This document shows, in pieces, positions 18,261 to 27,940 of a stretch of 64,000 nucleotides of DNA. The first letter of the stretch is position 1, and every line of letters begins with the position of its first letter. The position numbers and the translations under genes are program-made. The stretch is from an uncultured delta proteobacterium. GTDB lineage: Bacteria; Desulfobacterota; Binatia; UBA9968. The notes beneath the pieces are model-generated. The model was not told where the DNA came from. It did no database searches and saw only the letters and a list, made by a program, of their open reading frames with translations. Location: the NCBI GenBank assembly GCA_963728565.1, contig CAVSLC010000021.1, positions 1-64,000 of the forward strand. The letters run 5' to 3'.

Positions 18261-20314
18261 TTACCACAACTGAATCGTTATCCCCCCCTTGACCGTAAAG
18301 GGATCGCCGGGAGTGATATGTGAATCAAGAGTTCCCACGCCGGATGGTTCCGTAGAAAGTCTCGACTCAAATACATGCTCCGCCGCGTGCCATTTTGTGT
18401 TGGCCAGGTTCTGAAACTCCACGAAAAACTCGTAGCGCTGCCAAACGTATTTCAAGAAAAGATCAAAGATCGTCAACGACGGCGTCTTGATGCTGCCATC
18501 CTCGATGCCGTAGCGCCGGCCAATGTGACGCATCTGCAAACGTCCCTGGAGGCCGGACTGATGACGGGCGGTAATCCCTGAAAACGCGAGAAAGCGCGGT
18601 GCCAGGGGAACTTTGTCGCCGTTGGTGAATTTGCCCAAGTATACGAGAGATCGAGATCATAGGTCAGCCAGGGGAGGATCTCGTAACGCAACTCGCTCTC
18701 GACGCCATGGCGATTGCTCGACCCGCTCGGCTCAAAGCCGCCCTCGTCGCCGACGAATACCAGCTCGCTTTCGAGGTACGAACGCCAATAGGCCAGCGTT
18801 ACATCCAGGCGATCGAACAAGCGTGTTTTGGAGCCGACCTCGCCACCCCAAAACCGGGGGATTTTTTTATCTGGATCCTGAACGAAGACGCGCGCATCAT
18901 TACTATGAAAGCCACCGCCGAAATTTAAAAACAGGTTCGTCGCTTTGGCGACGTTGTTATCGGTAAACGGGGTGAAGATAAAGTTGAGCTTGGGATTTAC
19001 TATCGTTGCCGAACCGTCTCCGGTAAGCGGTTCCTCGACATCCCCAATCTGGTCGACTTTGTACCAGAAGTTGTCCATGCGGGCGCCGATCTGAGTGCGC
19101 AACCAAGATGCAGGTTGAATTTCCTGCTGCACAAACCAGCCGAGATTGGTTTGTTCGATGTCGTTATTTTTCACAGTCTCGCGGCGCCGTCGTTCCGTTT
19201 GATTAAAAAGACTAACACGGATGTGGTCGAAGCGGCTCTGAAAACCCACGAAGCTTTCCATCGGCAATCCCCAGAGACGGTAGTTGCGGCGATAATTGAT
19301 GTTGTTGCCCGCTAAAAATCGCTTATCGCGTTGTTCGATGCCATCGCCGTTCACCTCGTCGTTTAGAAGTAGACTGAAGTTGGACCAGAGCTGGAGTCGG
19401 TACCATGAAATCCACGTCTGAGCATTGAAGCTCTGATTGGCATCCGTGTAGTTGTAGAGCAGACTTAGATTTTGCCGTTCCGACTTTCCTCCCTCACTTG
19501 GATCGAACGATCCGAAGCGACCGATCTCGCCGCTAGGAACCGCGCGGCCGGGCAGCTCGCCGGACGCATCCCAGGCGGTCTTGAAGAACGTACCGAGAAG
19601 ATTCAAATTTGAATTCGCCGTCGACAGCAGGCCAAACTTGGCGAGCAGGTTATATCGGTTGTAGTTGTTTTCACTCTTGAATGGTCCGTCATTATGATAA
19701 AACTCGCCGGCGATGAAGGGGCTCAGGGGGGTTCCTTCGGACGGTGACAGGATGCCTACGTAACGCTGCGTGTTATAATTTCCGCCGCTGAGAGTCAACG
19801 TGCTGTCTTTGTCGTGCCGCTTGGTAATGATGTTCATCGCTCCCGATGTGGCGAAGTCGCCGAGATGCGCAAAATACGGTCCCTTGTATATCTCCACTCG
19901 ATCGATGGTCTCGGGAATGAGCCAGTGCATATCGGCGTATCCCTGACCATGAGCATGGCTCACCATGTTTACCGGCATGCCGTCGATAAAAACCGCAAAG
20001 TCAGTGCCGTGATCGGAATCGAAACCGCGAAACAGAACCTGGTCCGCTTTGCCGCCACCGTGATGCTGGCCGATAGTCAAGCTGGGAGTCAGGCGCATGA
20101 CGTCGCTCGGCGTATTCGATGGTCGTAGCTGCAGGTCGCGCTGCCATCGGGTCTGCTCCGTTGCCGCAGAGGTGGGCTGCTGGCCCCAGATATAGACCTC
20201 TTCAACCGGAGAAGCCGCTTCTGCCGCATGGGCGTAGGCATAGCCGCAGGCCGAAGTAAGCGCGAGCAAAAGCAAAGCTGCAACGTGCATCGTGAAAGTT
20301 TCTGCCGCTCGCAT
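18261..20314 (-). CDS. TonB-dependent receptor, His-motif Ni/Co-type; one frameshift near 18630
   Basis: Plug motifs QHHGGGKADQ, RGFDSDHGTDF, NMVSHAHGQGYAD; ORFs 18473-20314 and 18261-18638 join if one A is restored in GCAAATTC; C-terminal aromatic residue (IQLW). Confidence 0.88.
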
Positions 20315-20331
20315 GGCTGTTCGGGTTTTGC

Positions 20332-21600
20332 TTAATCATGGCTCGGAGCTATAGCGCCGGGTTGTTGACCGATGGCGATCCTATGAAAGCGGCCGAACAG
20401 CACGCAGGCACTAGCCAAAATGAACGAGGCTGCCATGGCGACAAAAGCTACGGTCAGTCCTAACCATTCGCTCAGATAACCAACCGCGGGTGACCAGAAG
20501 GCGCCGGCGAGGAAAGTTGCGGTATAGAACCAGGCAAAGCCGGTGTCGCGACTGCTATCCGAGCTGGTATGCGCGACCAACGTTTGCAGAATTGGATGGG
20601 TGCCAAATGCCGTCACGCCCAGTATTAATGAAGCGATAGCGACACCCACATAACTGCTGCCCAAGGCAGGAATGATCAAAGTTGTGAGTGCCGAAATCAG
20701 ATAGGCGGTCAACAAGACCCGTTGGGGATGGTAACGATCCGCTAGTTTACCGCCGAGCATGGGGCCGAAAATGCTGCCGATGTTCATCAGGGTAAAAACA
20801 ACCCCGATGGCGGTGGCATCCATACCGAGATTGTGGTTCAAGTACAACGGAAGAAAGCTGGAGATAATGCCGTGACCGGATCCGCCGGCTGCGACGATCG
20901 CGGCAATCAAAATCCAGCGTAGGTTTTGGTTGGCGAACACCTGGCCGCTGTCCTGCCAAAATGTCGATGTCCCCGCCTCGTGGCGGATTTGATTAGTCGC
21001 GGGATCTTTCAGCCACAGCGACATGAGGACACCGACCAAAATCGCCGGAATCGCGAAAAGAATGACCGTGCCGCGCCAGCCCCAGAGAGAAATCAGGATC
21101 GCGGCACACAGCGGGATTATCGCTGTTCCGATATTTCCGGCGGTGAAGTGAGTGGCCAGTGCGGTGCCGAGTTTGCGCTTTTTAAAGTGGTGCGACAACA
21201 AGGAGGCCCCGACCGGGTGTTGGGCGGCTCCGCCGACTCTGGACATGACCGTCCAGAAGAAGAACTGAAAATAGCTTTGCGCGAGGCCGACAAAAACGAA
21301 GCAGACTCCCACACTGGCATTACCGATGCCGAGGATTTGGTGGCGCGGCAGGATTCGTCCCAGCGCGCCGGCACCAAGTTGCAGCAGTCCACCGACGGCG
21401 CTTGCCACTCCTAGCATGATGCCGAGTTCGCCATAGCCAAAGTTGAGATCGCGCAGCACGAGGGGAAATACCAGCGGCTTAAGCGCCCCCTGCGCATGAT
21501 TGATGCCGTGTGCCAAGCTGACGAGGGTCAGCGCGGCCGATGAGCGCGCGCTCGCATCATTTGCGACGGCGATGTCGTGAACATGCTCTGGTAACTTCAT
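20332..21600 (-). CDS. MFS transporter (Fsr-like)
   Basis: About 12 TM helices; LAHGINH, AAQHPVG, GGKLADRY. Confidence 0.88.
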   Translation of the reverse strand: MKLPEHVHDIAVANDASARSSAALTLVSLAHGINHAQGALKPLVFPLVLRDLNFGYGELGIMLGVASAVGGLLQLGAGALGRILPRHQILGIGNASVGVCFVFVGLAQSYFQFFFWTVMSRVGGAAQHPVGASLLSHHFKKRKLGTALATHFTAGNIGTAIIPLCAAILISLWGWRGTVILFAIPAILVGVLMSLWLKDPATNQIRHEAGTSTFWQDSGQVFANQNLRWILIAAIVAAGGSGHGIISSFLPLYLNHNLGMDATAIGVVFTLMNIGSIFGPMLGGKLADRYHPQRVLLTAYLISALTTLIIPALGSSYVGVAIASLILGVTAFGTHPILQTLVAHTSSDSSRDTGFAWFYTATFLAGAFWSPAVGYLSEWLGLTVAFVAMAASFILASACVLFGRFHRIAIGQQPGAIAPSHD

Positions 21601-21618
21601 TTCAAAGCTCCGCTTTTC

Positions 21619-21645
21619 GTAGCAACAATTGGAAGAACGTGTTAC
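21619..21645. promoter_or_regulatory. Candidate NikR operator upstream of MFS-TBDR operon
   Basis: GTAGCAA-N13-GTGTTAC imperfect dyad in the 61-nt nikR-MFS gap. Confidence 0.6.
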
Positions 21646-21661
21646 CGCTGTGCAAAATTTT

Positions 21662-22078
21662 TTAATGCTTCAGTTCCGGCGAAGTCGTCACCAGCTTGCC
21701 GTTTTGCACCCCTTTGGTCGCGATCAGTTTACCCGCAATCTCGTGCACCTTATCGCCACGTCCGCGGATGACAATCACCTCCAGACAATTATGCTCGTCC
21801 AGATGAATGTGCAGGCTCGCGTTAACTGCAACTTCGGCTTTGTGCTGCATATCCGCGAGCACATCGCTCAGGCGATGCACCCGGTGGTCATAGACGAGGG
21901 AGACCACGCCGATAACCTCGGCAGTGCCTTGGCCGACTCGCCTTTGGATCAGGTGATCGCGGATCAGATCGCGAATCGCCTCGGAGCGGTTTTGATAACC
22001 TTGACCACCGATACTCAAATCAAACGCGGCCAGTAGATCCTCCTCCAGGGAAACTCCGAAGCGGGACACCGTGCTCAT
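21662..22078 (-). CDS. nikR: Nickel-responsive transcriptional regulator NikR
   Basis: RHH domain RFGVSL...GYQNRSEAIRDLIR; Ni site QH...LHIHLDEHNCLEV. Confidence 0.96.
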   Translation of the reverse strand: MSTVSRFGVSLEEDLLAAFDLSIGGQGYQNRSEAIRDLIRDHLIQRRVGQGTAEVIGVVSLVYDHRVHRLSDVLADMQHKAEVAVNASLHIHLDEHNCLEVIVIRGRGDKVHEIAGKLIATKGVQNGKLVTTSPELKH

Positions 22079-22085
22079 CGAAAAT

Positions 22086-22115
22086 TTCGTAACACGTATG
22101 AGAATTTGATGTCAA
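22086..22115 (-). promoter_or_regulatory. nikR promoter overlapped by candidate NikR operator (probably leaderless mRNA)
   Basis: Minus strand TTGACA-N18-TACGAA with extended -10 TG, 7 nt before ATG and no SD; plus strand GTAACAC-N13-ATGTCAA. Confidence 0.55.
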
Positions 22116-22266
22116 CCGCAACGTTCCGTCCTGGCTTTGTCTAGCGAATGAAAGAACGTAGGTGTTTTGGTTTTCAATTCACACAGTTCGGCGAGCGGGA
22201 AGTCAACAACTCTTCTGTTCCAGAGGGGGTATCGTTGCGCTCATTTGTGCCGGTGCTACACGGCAT

Positions 22267-22319
22267 CTTGACAGCATCGCCGGGTATCTGATAGCGGACA
22301 TAATGTCAAGTATACTGGG
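22267..22319. promoter_or_regulatory. Inverted repeat / candidate operator upstream of molybdate regulator
   Basis: CTTGACA-N30-TGTCAAG plus imperfect palindrome TGTCAAGTATACTGGGA. Confidence 0.35.
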
Positions 22320-22334
22320 ATAAGCTGGAAAACT

Positions 22335-23480
22335 GTGCAAGAGAGTTTTCAGATTGAGCTGGAAAACCGGCTTCGCGAGAAACGCCAGGCCCTGGCTCTT
22401 TCTCAAAAGCAGTTAGCGGACTTGGCCGGGATCACCAGGCAAGCCGTTTCCGCTTTGGAGTCGAATCATTATTCGCCCGCCACGTCGGTTGCACTGCAGC
22501 TCGCTCGAGCGCTCCGATGTCGCGTTGAAGATCTGTTCAGCATCAAGCAAGACGGGGAAATCGTTGAAGGAGAACTGCTCGGCGTTCTTCCGCCGGTTGA
22601 TACCCCCATGCGCGCTCAGGTTTCCGAAATCGGCCAGCGCGTGCTGGTGCGCCCGCTTCATGGGCTCGGAGAGCTAGCCAGCCTAAGCGCCATAGCGGAC
22701 GGCCTTATCGTTGAGACGAAGCCGGATAAGGGCCGGGTAAAGGTCAAACTACTGAAAAACCGCGAAGCCGTACGCAAGAAAATCATCGTGGGCGGATGCG
22801 ATCCCGCTATGTTTTTAGCCGGCGAGCACGTCAGAAGGCACGATCAGGAAAACTTAATGCCCTGTCTGATGGGCAGCAGTATCGCGCTCAACGCGCTCAG
22901 GCGCGGCGAAGTTCACGTCGCGGGCATCCATTTGGCCGAGGAGGGCACGGACGGCTGGAAGCTTCCCAACTTGAAGGAAAGTCTCGGCGATATGGACTTT
23001 ATTGTGGTTACCTTCGCCTATTGGGAAGAAGGTTTCATTGTCTCTCAGGGCAATCCCAAAAAGATCCGGACCATCATCGATATTGCCAAACCTACCGTCA
23101 AGATAGTCAACCGCGAATTCGGTTCGGGTGCCCGCCGTCTGCTCGACAAGCAATTGCTGGCCAGTGGGATTAAACCCAACGCTGTCAGAGGTTACGAAGA
23201 AGAAGCCTTATCACACCTGGACCTGGCATCTCGGATCAAGGCGGGCTTTGTGGATACCGGTATTGGCGTGCGCGCCGCCGCGTCCATTGCCGGGCTCGAT
23301 TTCGTGCCGCTGCAGCGCGAACGCTATGATTTAATCATCCCCAAACAATATTACGAGTCGCTTAGCGGTTTGCAGGTGCTGCTCGATACGATGGTCAGCA
23401 AGACGTTCCGCGATGAGGTCGAAGCACTTGGTGGTTACGACACCCGGGACATGGGACGGCTGGTGGAGACACCGACATAA
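22335..23480 (+). CDS. XRE-HTH + PBP-like (molybdate-binding) transcriptional regulator
   Basis: LSQKQLADLAGITRQAVSALES HTH; GCDPA, NREFGSGARRLLD, LDFVPLQRERYDL, LGGYD; lies upstream of modA. Confidence 0.88.
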   Translation: MQESFQIELENRLREKRQALALSQKQLADLAGITRQAVSALESNHYSPATSVALQLARALRCRVEDLFSIKQDGEIVEGELLGVLPPVDTPMRAQVSEIGQRVLVRPLHGLGELASLSAIADGLIVETKPDKGRVKVKLLKNREAVRKKIIVGGCDPAMFLAGEHVRRHDQENLMPCLMGSSIALNALRRGEVHVAGIHLAEEGTDGWKLPNLKESLGDMDFIVVTFAYWEEGFIVSQGNPKKIRTIIDIAKPTVKIVNREFGSGARRLLDKQLLASGIKPNAVRGYEEEALSHLDLASRIKAGFVDTGIGVRAAASIAGLDFVPLQRERYDLIIPKQYYESLSGLQVLLDTMVSKTFRDEVEALGGYDTRDMGRLVETPT

Positions 23481-23533
23481 CTGCGCTCGCAAATGGCGAA
23501 CGCCATTCCAGACGACAAGGGGGAATCTTAAGA

Positions 23534-24313
23534 ATGTCGCTGTTCAATCGGAGTATGCGCAAATCGCTTTCAGTGGCCGCATTGTTCGTTTTGTTGGGTT
23601 GCAGCCGAACCGATGCCGGGGCAGACGAAATTCTAGTTTCGGCGGCGGCAAGTCTGACCGATGTTCTAAAGGAAATCAGCACCGGCTATCAAAAAAAATC
23701 CAAGCACACGGTGAGATTCAATTTCGGCCCGTCCAACGGTCTGGCCCGACAAATCGAAGAAGGCGCGCCGGTGGATTTATTTTTTTCCGCCGATTTGCCG
23801 CAAATGGACAATCTGGATAAGAACGCTCGACTCGAATCGGGGACGCGGAAAAACCTGCTTTCTAATCAATTGGTCATCATCGTGCCGGTGGATTCCAAGC
23901 TGACCATTTCTTCGCCGAAGGATTTATTGAAGGCCGATGTCAAAAAAATCGCGCTCGCCGAGACGTCCTCTGTGCCGGTCGGCGTCTACAGCAGTAAATA
24001 CTTGACCGATGAAGGTCTTTGGGACCAAGTCAAGCCGAGGGTGGTTCCTGTGCAGGATGTGCGGGCAACCTTGGCATCGGTCGAATCCGGTAACGTCGAA
24101 GCTGGTTTCGTGTACAAAACCGACGCCGCCGTCTCCAAAAAAGTCAGAATCGTTTACGAACTGCCCATCGAAAAAGGCCCCAAGATCCTTTACCCGGCCG
24201 CCATTGTTAAAGGATCAAAACGGAAGGACGCCGCGCGTGAATTCATGAACTACCTCCAGAGCCCCGCCGCAAAAGACACTTTCAAGAAATACGGCTTTGT
24301 CGTGCTCGATTGA
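23534..24313 (+). CDS. modA: Molybdate ABC transporter substrate-binding protein
   Basis: VSAAASL, FGPSNGLARQIEEGAP.D.FFSA, VPVGVY, DVRATL, VYKTDA. Confidence 0.95.
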   Translation: MSLFNRSMRKSLSVAALFVLLGCSRTDAGADEILVSAAASLTDVLKEISTGYQKKSKHTVRFNFGPSNGLARQIEEGAPVDLFFSADLPQMDNLDKNARLESGTRKNLLSNQLVIIVPVDSKLTISSPKDLLKADVKKIALAETSSVPVGVYSSKYLTDEGLWDQVKPRVVPVQDVRATLASVESGNVEAGFVYKTDAAVSKKVRIVYELPIEKGPKILYPAAIVKGSKRKDAAREFMNYLQSPAAKDTFKKYGFVVLD

Positions 24314-24438
24314 CGACCTCATACAATCGGTTGATCAGGCATCACGAGCAGAAGGGTCTGTTCAGTCAGCAATCTTTACATGAACCTTGCAGCGCCGCTT
24401 GATGAAACATCTGAGGCTTAGACATAAGGTAGCTGGCG

Positions 24439-25254
24439 ATGATCTCCGAACCCACCGACTATCGCCGAAAACCGTTCTTATCTTTTTTGACCGCGGCCGC
24501 TGTCGGCATCCTCGGTGGTCGATAGGTTTAGGCGGCGCCGAATTCCGACTTCCCTTGCTCCTGTCAGTTTTCGGTTACGTGACCCTTCCTGCCATGGTAG
24601 TCAATCTCGTTGTCAGTTTGGTCACGGTGATTTTTTCTTTCCTTTTTCGCCTGAGGACCATAGGGTTCGACGTCATCGCGTCGAACCTTTCGGTGGTCAT
24701 CAATATTCTATCCGGATCTCTTATGGGTTCTTACTCCGGCGGCCAACTCGCAGCGTATATCGGCGAGCGAGCACTAAGACGCATGGTCGTGCTGCTACTT
24801 GTAATGTTTAGCTTACTCTTGATGATTCACGAGTTAATGCCGGACTCCGGAATCGGCCCACTGAACCGGCTGTTGAAAGTGGTATTAGGTTGTCTGGCTG
24901 GGCTCGCGATTGGAGCGGTCAGTAGCTTGCTTGGAGTCGCAGGCGGAGAACTCATCATACCGGCGATCGTCTTGTTACTCGCTATCGACATCAAACTGGC
25001 GGCCAGTCTGAGTTTGGCGATCAGTGCGCCGACCCTATTAATGGGACTTTATAGATATCAGCGACAACGACAACTGGCTCATGTTTTCAAAGATCGAGCT
25101 TTCATGGCAGGGATGGCATTGGACTCCATTTGTGATTCGTTAGTCGGAAGTTACATTCTTCGCCATATCGCCGACCTCTACTTACACTTTTTTCTTGGGC
25201 GCATTCCTGCTGGTTTCGGCAACTAAAATCGCAACGCATGCGCGGGCGACGTAG
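24439..25254 (+). pseudogene. TauE/SafE (TSUP) family permease, two frameshifts
   Basis: IGLGGAEFRLPLL and SSLLGVAGGELIIP repeats; ATG 24439 frame shifts near 24520 and again near 25198; GS..GS-like segment reads DSICDS. Confidence 0.7.
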
Positions 25255-25268
25255 AACAAGACAAACGG

Positions 25269-25955
25269 GTGGCTGTTTTGAATTTTTTTTCGGTTGAGAC
25301 GTGGCAAATCACGCTATTTTCTCTCGCCGTCGGGCTTGCGAGCACGCTGCTGATCCTGCCGTTCGGGATTGCGCTGTCGTGGCTGTTCGCGCGCAGGGAA
25401 TGGCCGCTGAAGAGCGTGATTGAAACCATCGTGCTGCTGCCGCTGGTTATGCCGCCGGTTTCAACGGGGTTGATCCTATTAAAGATCTTTGGACGGCGCA
25501 GCCCGCTCGGCCAATGGCTTTACGAGCGCGGCATAGAGATCGTGTTCAACTGGAAAGGCGTCCTCATCGCCATGTCGGTGATGTCGTTTCCCTTACTGGT
25601 CCGCTCGGTGCGCACTTCTTTCGCGGAAGTGAATCCGAGGCTCGAACAGATCGCCGCAACCCTCGGCGCTTCGCGCCTGCGAATTTTCTTTGTCATCACG
25701 ATCCCGCTCGCCTACAAAGGAATTGTCGCCGGGGCGCTGCTCGCGTTCTCCCGCGCTCTCGGTGAATTCGGCGCGACTATTCTGCTGGCGGGAAACATTC
25801 CGGGCCAAACCCAAACGCTATCGCTAGCGATTTATAATTACGTGCAATTGGGCAAGGACTCGGACGCGTTCGTTTTGCTCGGAATCACCGTGGCGCTGGC
25901 GTTCCTATTTGTGTGGTCGTCGGAATGGCTGCTGCGTTCTCGGCGGACGGTGTAA
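25269..25955 (+). CDS. modB: Molybdate ABC transporter permease
   Basis: LPLVMPPVSTG, FPLLVR, FSRALGEFGAT, GNIPGQTQTL. Confidence 0.95.
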   Translation: MAVLNFFSVETWQITLFSLAVGLASTLLILPFGIALSWLFARREWPLKSVIETIVLLPLVMPPVSTGLILLKIFGRRSPLGQWLYERGIEIVFNWKGVLIAMSVMSFPLLVRSVRTSFAEVNPRLEQIAATLGASRLRIFFVITIPLAYKGIVAGALLAFSRALGEFGATILLAGNIPGQTQTLSLAIYNYVQLGKDSDAFVLLGITVALAFLFVWSSEWLLRSRRTV

Positions 25956-25956
25956 G

Positions 25957-27030
25957 ATGAAGCTGCGCTGCCGAATTCCGCTGGCGGATTTTGAATTAAA
26001 AATAGATGCTGCTTTCGAAGCTCGACTGATTTCCATCTTTGGGCCATCCGGCTCCGGCAAAACGACACTGCTCGACGCCATTGCCGGTTTACGTACAATG
26101 AGTGAAGGCGAGATCGAGATCGCCGGCAAAATACTTTTCTCTTCGACGCGCGGAATCAACCTGGCGCCGCAACAACGCGCCATCGGCTATGTGCCCCAGG
26201 AGGCCGCATTGTTTCCCCACCTGTCAGTGCGAAACAATATTCTCTTTGGTGCTGCGCGTGAAAAAGGCGCCGGCGAATCCACTGGCACAACTCCCCAACA
26301 TGTCATTGAAGTTTTGGAGATTAGCAATTTGCTCGATCGACCTGTGACGAAACTCTCGGGCGGGGAAGCGCAGCGGGTGGCGCTCGCTCGGGCTATTTTG
26401 GCCCGGCCGAAGTTGTTGCTGCTCGATGAACCGTTGGCGGCGCTGGACGTCGGCCTGAAGGAGCGCATCTTGCCTTATCTGGCGCGGGTGCGCGACGAAT
26501 TCGCGATTCCGATGATTTACGTCACCCATAATCTCACGGAGGTGCTCACCTTGGCAGATTGGGTTTTGATGATTCGCCAAGGTCAATTGATCACTCAGGG
26601 TGTTCCCCGCGAGATGCTCAGATTAGCTCCCGCGATCTTACAGAGTCCCGGGGACCAGTTCGAAAACGTCTTTACCGTGGCTTTCATGGAATCGGACGCG
26701 AAAACCGGGCAAAGCAAAGTCCGCCTGCAAAGTGGCGAAGAGCTTTTTGTTCCATATCTGCCTCAACCTCCCAATCGCACACTGCAGATTCGCATTGGTG
26801 CCGACGACATAATGGTAGCGACTAACAAACCTGAAGGCATCTCCGCGGGCAACGTCTTGCCGGGGACGATTCGGAACATCGACTTGCTCGATGGTCAAGC
26901 CATATTGACAATACTCATGGGAGAAGAATTCTATGTAAGACTCACTGCTGCCGCGGTGCGCCGGCTGGACCTACGCCAAGACCGCCGGGTTTTTCTTATT
27001 ATGAAGACTCATTCGTTTCGAATCTTGTAA
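25957..27030 (+). CDS. modC: Molybdate ABC transporter ATPase with TOBE domain
   Basis: GPSGSGKTT, LFPHLSVR.N, LSGGEAQRVALARA, LDEPL, ISAGNVL; ATG at 25957. Confidence 0.94.
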   Translation: MKLRCRIPLADFELKIDAAFEARLISIFGPSGSGKTTLLDAIAGLRTMSEGEIEIAGKILFSSTRGINLAPQQRAIGYVPQEAALFPHLSVRNNILFGAAREKGAGESTGTTPQHVIEVLEISNLLDRPVTKLSGGEAQRVALARAILARPKLLLLDEPLAALDVGLKERILPYLARVRDEFAIPMIYVTHNLTEVLTLADWVLMIRQGQLITQGVPREMLRLAPAILQSPGDQFENVFTVAFMESDAKTGQSKVRLQSGEELFVPYLPQPPNRTLQIRIGADDIMVATNKPEGISAGNVLPGTIRNIDLLDGQAILTILMGEEFYVRLTAAAVRRLDLRQDRRVFLIMKTHSFRIL

Positions 27031-27140
27031 GCCAACCGGCCTTGCTGATCTCCTCGATGTTCGAACAGTCGAGGTCTGCCTCTAATTTTGCTAAAGTTGC
27101 CTTTGTTCATATCCCCAATAGCCGATCGGCGCCGTACACG

Positions 27141-27572
27141 ATGATTGTAACGAAACGAGCTCTCTGGCTTATGTTTTTCCTAAGCGCAGTTGCGTGCGGG
27201 CGCAGCGAACGGATGGATGCGCTTTACGCGCAACGCTGCATCGGCTGTCATGGTCCAGCTGGAAATGGGGATGGCCCCTTGGCGCAGTCGTTACCGATTC
27301 GGCCTCCTGATTTTAGGGATACCGTTGAGCGCAGAACCAACACCCAAATACGCAGAGCCATTGCCGAAGGCCAAGGAACGATGCCCGCGTTTAGCCCGGC
27401 GCTTCGACAGTCCGAAATTTCGGACATGCTGCAAATGGTACGATTTCTCAGTCGTGAGGGCCGGGATACTCGCTGGTGGGAAAAATTCGATACCCTAGTG
27501 GTTGCTCACTGCAGCCTTCCATGGGAAACGATTCTCGGTTACGACGATCCGGCTGAACGATCAAAGCGGTGA
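27141..27572 (+). CDS. Monoheme c-type cytochrome, probable lipoprotein
   Basis: Lipobox-like AVAC; CIGCHG heme motif, GDGP, distal Met in GTMPAF. Confidence 0.85.
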   Translation: MIVTKRALWLMFFLSAVACGRSERMDALYAQRCIGCHGPAGNGDGPLAQSLPIRPPDFRDTVERRTNTQIRRAIAEGQGTMPAFSPALRQSEISDMLQMVRFLSREGRDTRWWEKFDTLVVAHCSLPWETILGYDDPAERSKR

Positions 27573-27635
27573 TGCTTCACGCATCAACCAACAAACCTCG
27601 CAACTTGAGCGAGAATTGTGAGTCCGACAATGAAC

Positions 27636-27664
27636 TTGACAAGGGTAAGCCTTAAAACTAAACT
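27636..27664 (+). promoter_or_regulatory. sigma70 promoter of zapB-zapA
   Basis: TTGACA-N17-TAAACT. Confidence 0.65.
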
Positions 27665-27694
27665 CAAACATGAAGTTTGAAAGAATCAAAAGTC

Positions 27695-27925
27695 ATGGCT
27701 GTCGATGCAATTGAACAACTTGAAGTGAAGATCAATCGCCTGATCGAGCAGCACGAGAGAGCTAAAAGAGAAAAGGAATTGGTTGAGAAAAAGCTTCAGC
27801 AAAAAGAGAGCGAGTGGCACCACCTCAAGGGGCAGATTCGTCAATATGAGCGTGAACGTCTCGAGCTGCGGGAGAAGCTCGATAAAATTATCGGTCAGTT
27901 CTCAACCCTCGACGTCTCCGAATGA
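27695..27925 (+). CDS. zapB: Cell division protein ZapB-like coiled coil
   Basis: IEQLEVKINRLIE... heptads; directly upstream of zapA. Confidence 0.7.
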   Translation: MAVDAIEQLEVKINRLIEQHERAKREKELVEKKLQQKESEWHHLKGQIRQYERERLELREKLDKIIGQFSTLDVSE

Positions 27926-27940
27926 GCTGGAGTAAGCGGT

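Noticed and set aside
18600-18660. Programmed frameshift or phase variation in the TonB-dependent receptor
   Set aside because: Only a 3-A run with no slippery heptamer; similar indels also break mfd, ygfA and mlaF
21629-22036. 135-aa plus-strand ORF
   Set aside because: Antisense shadow of nikR
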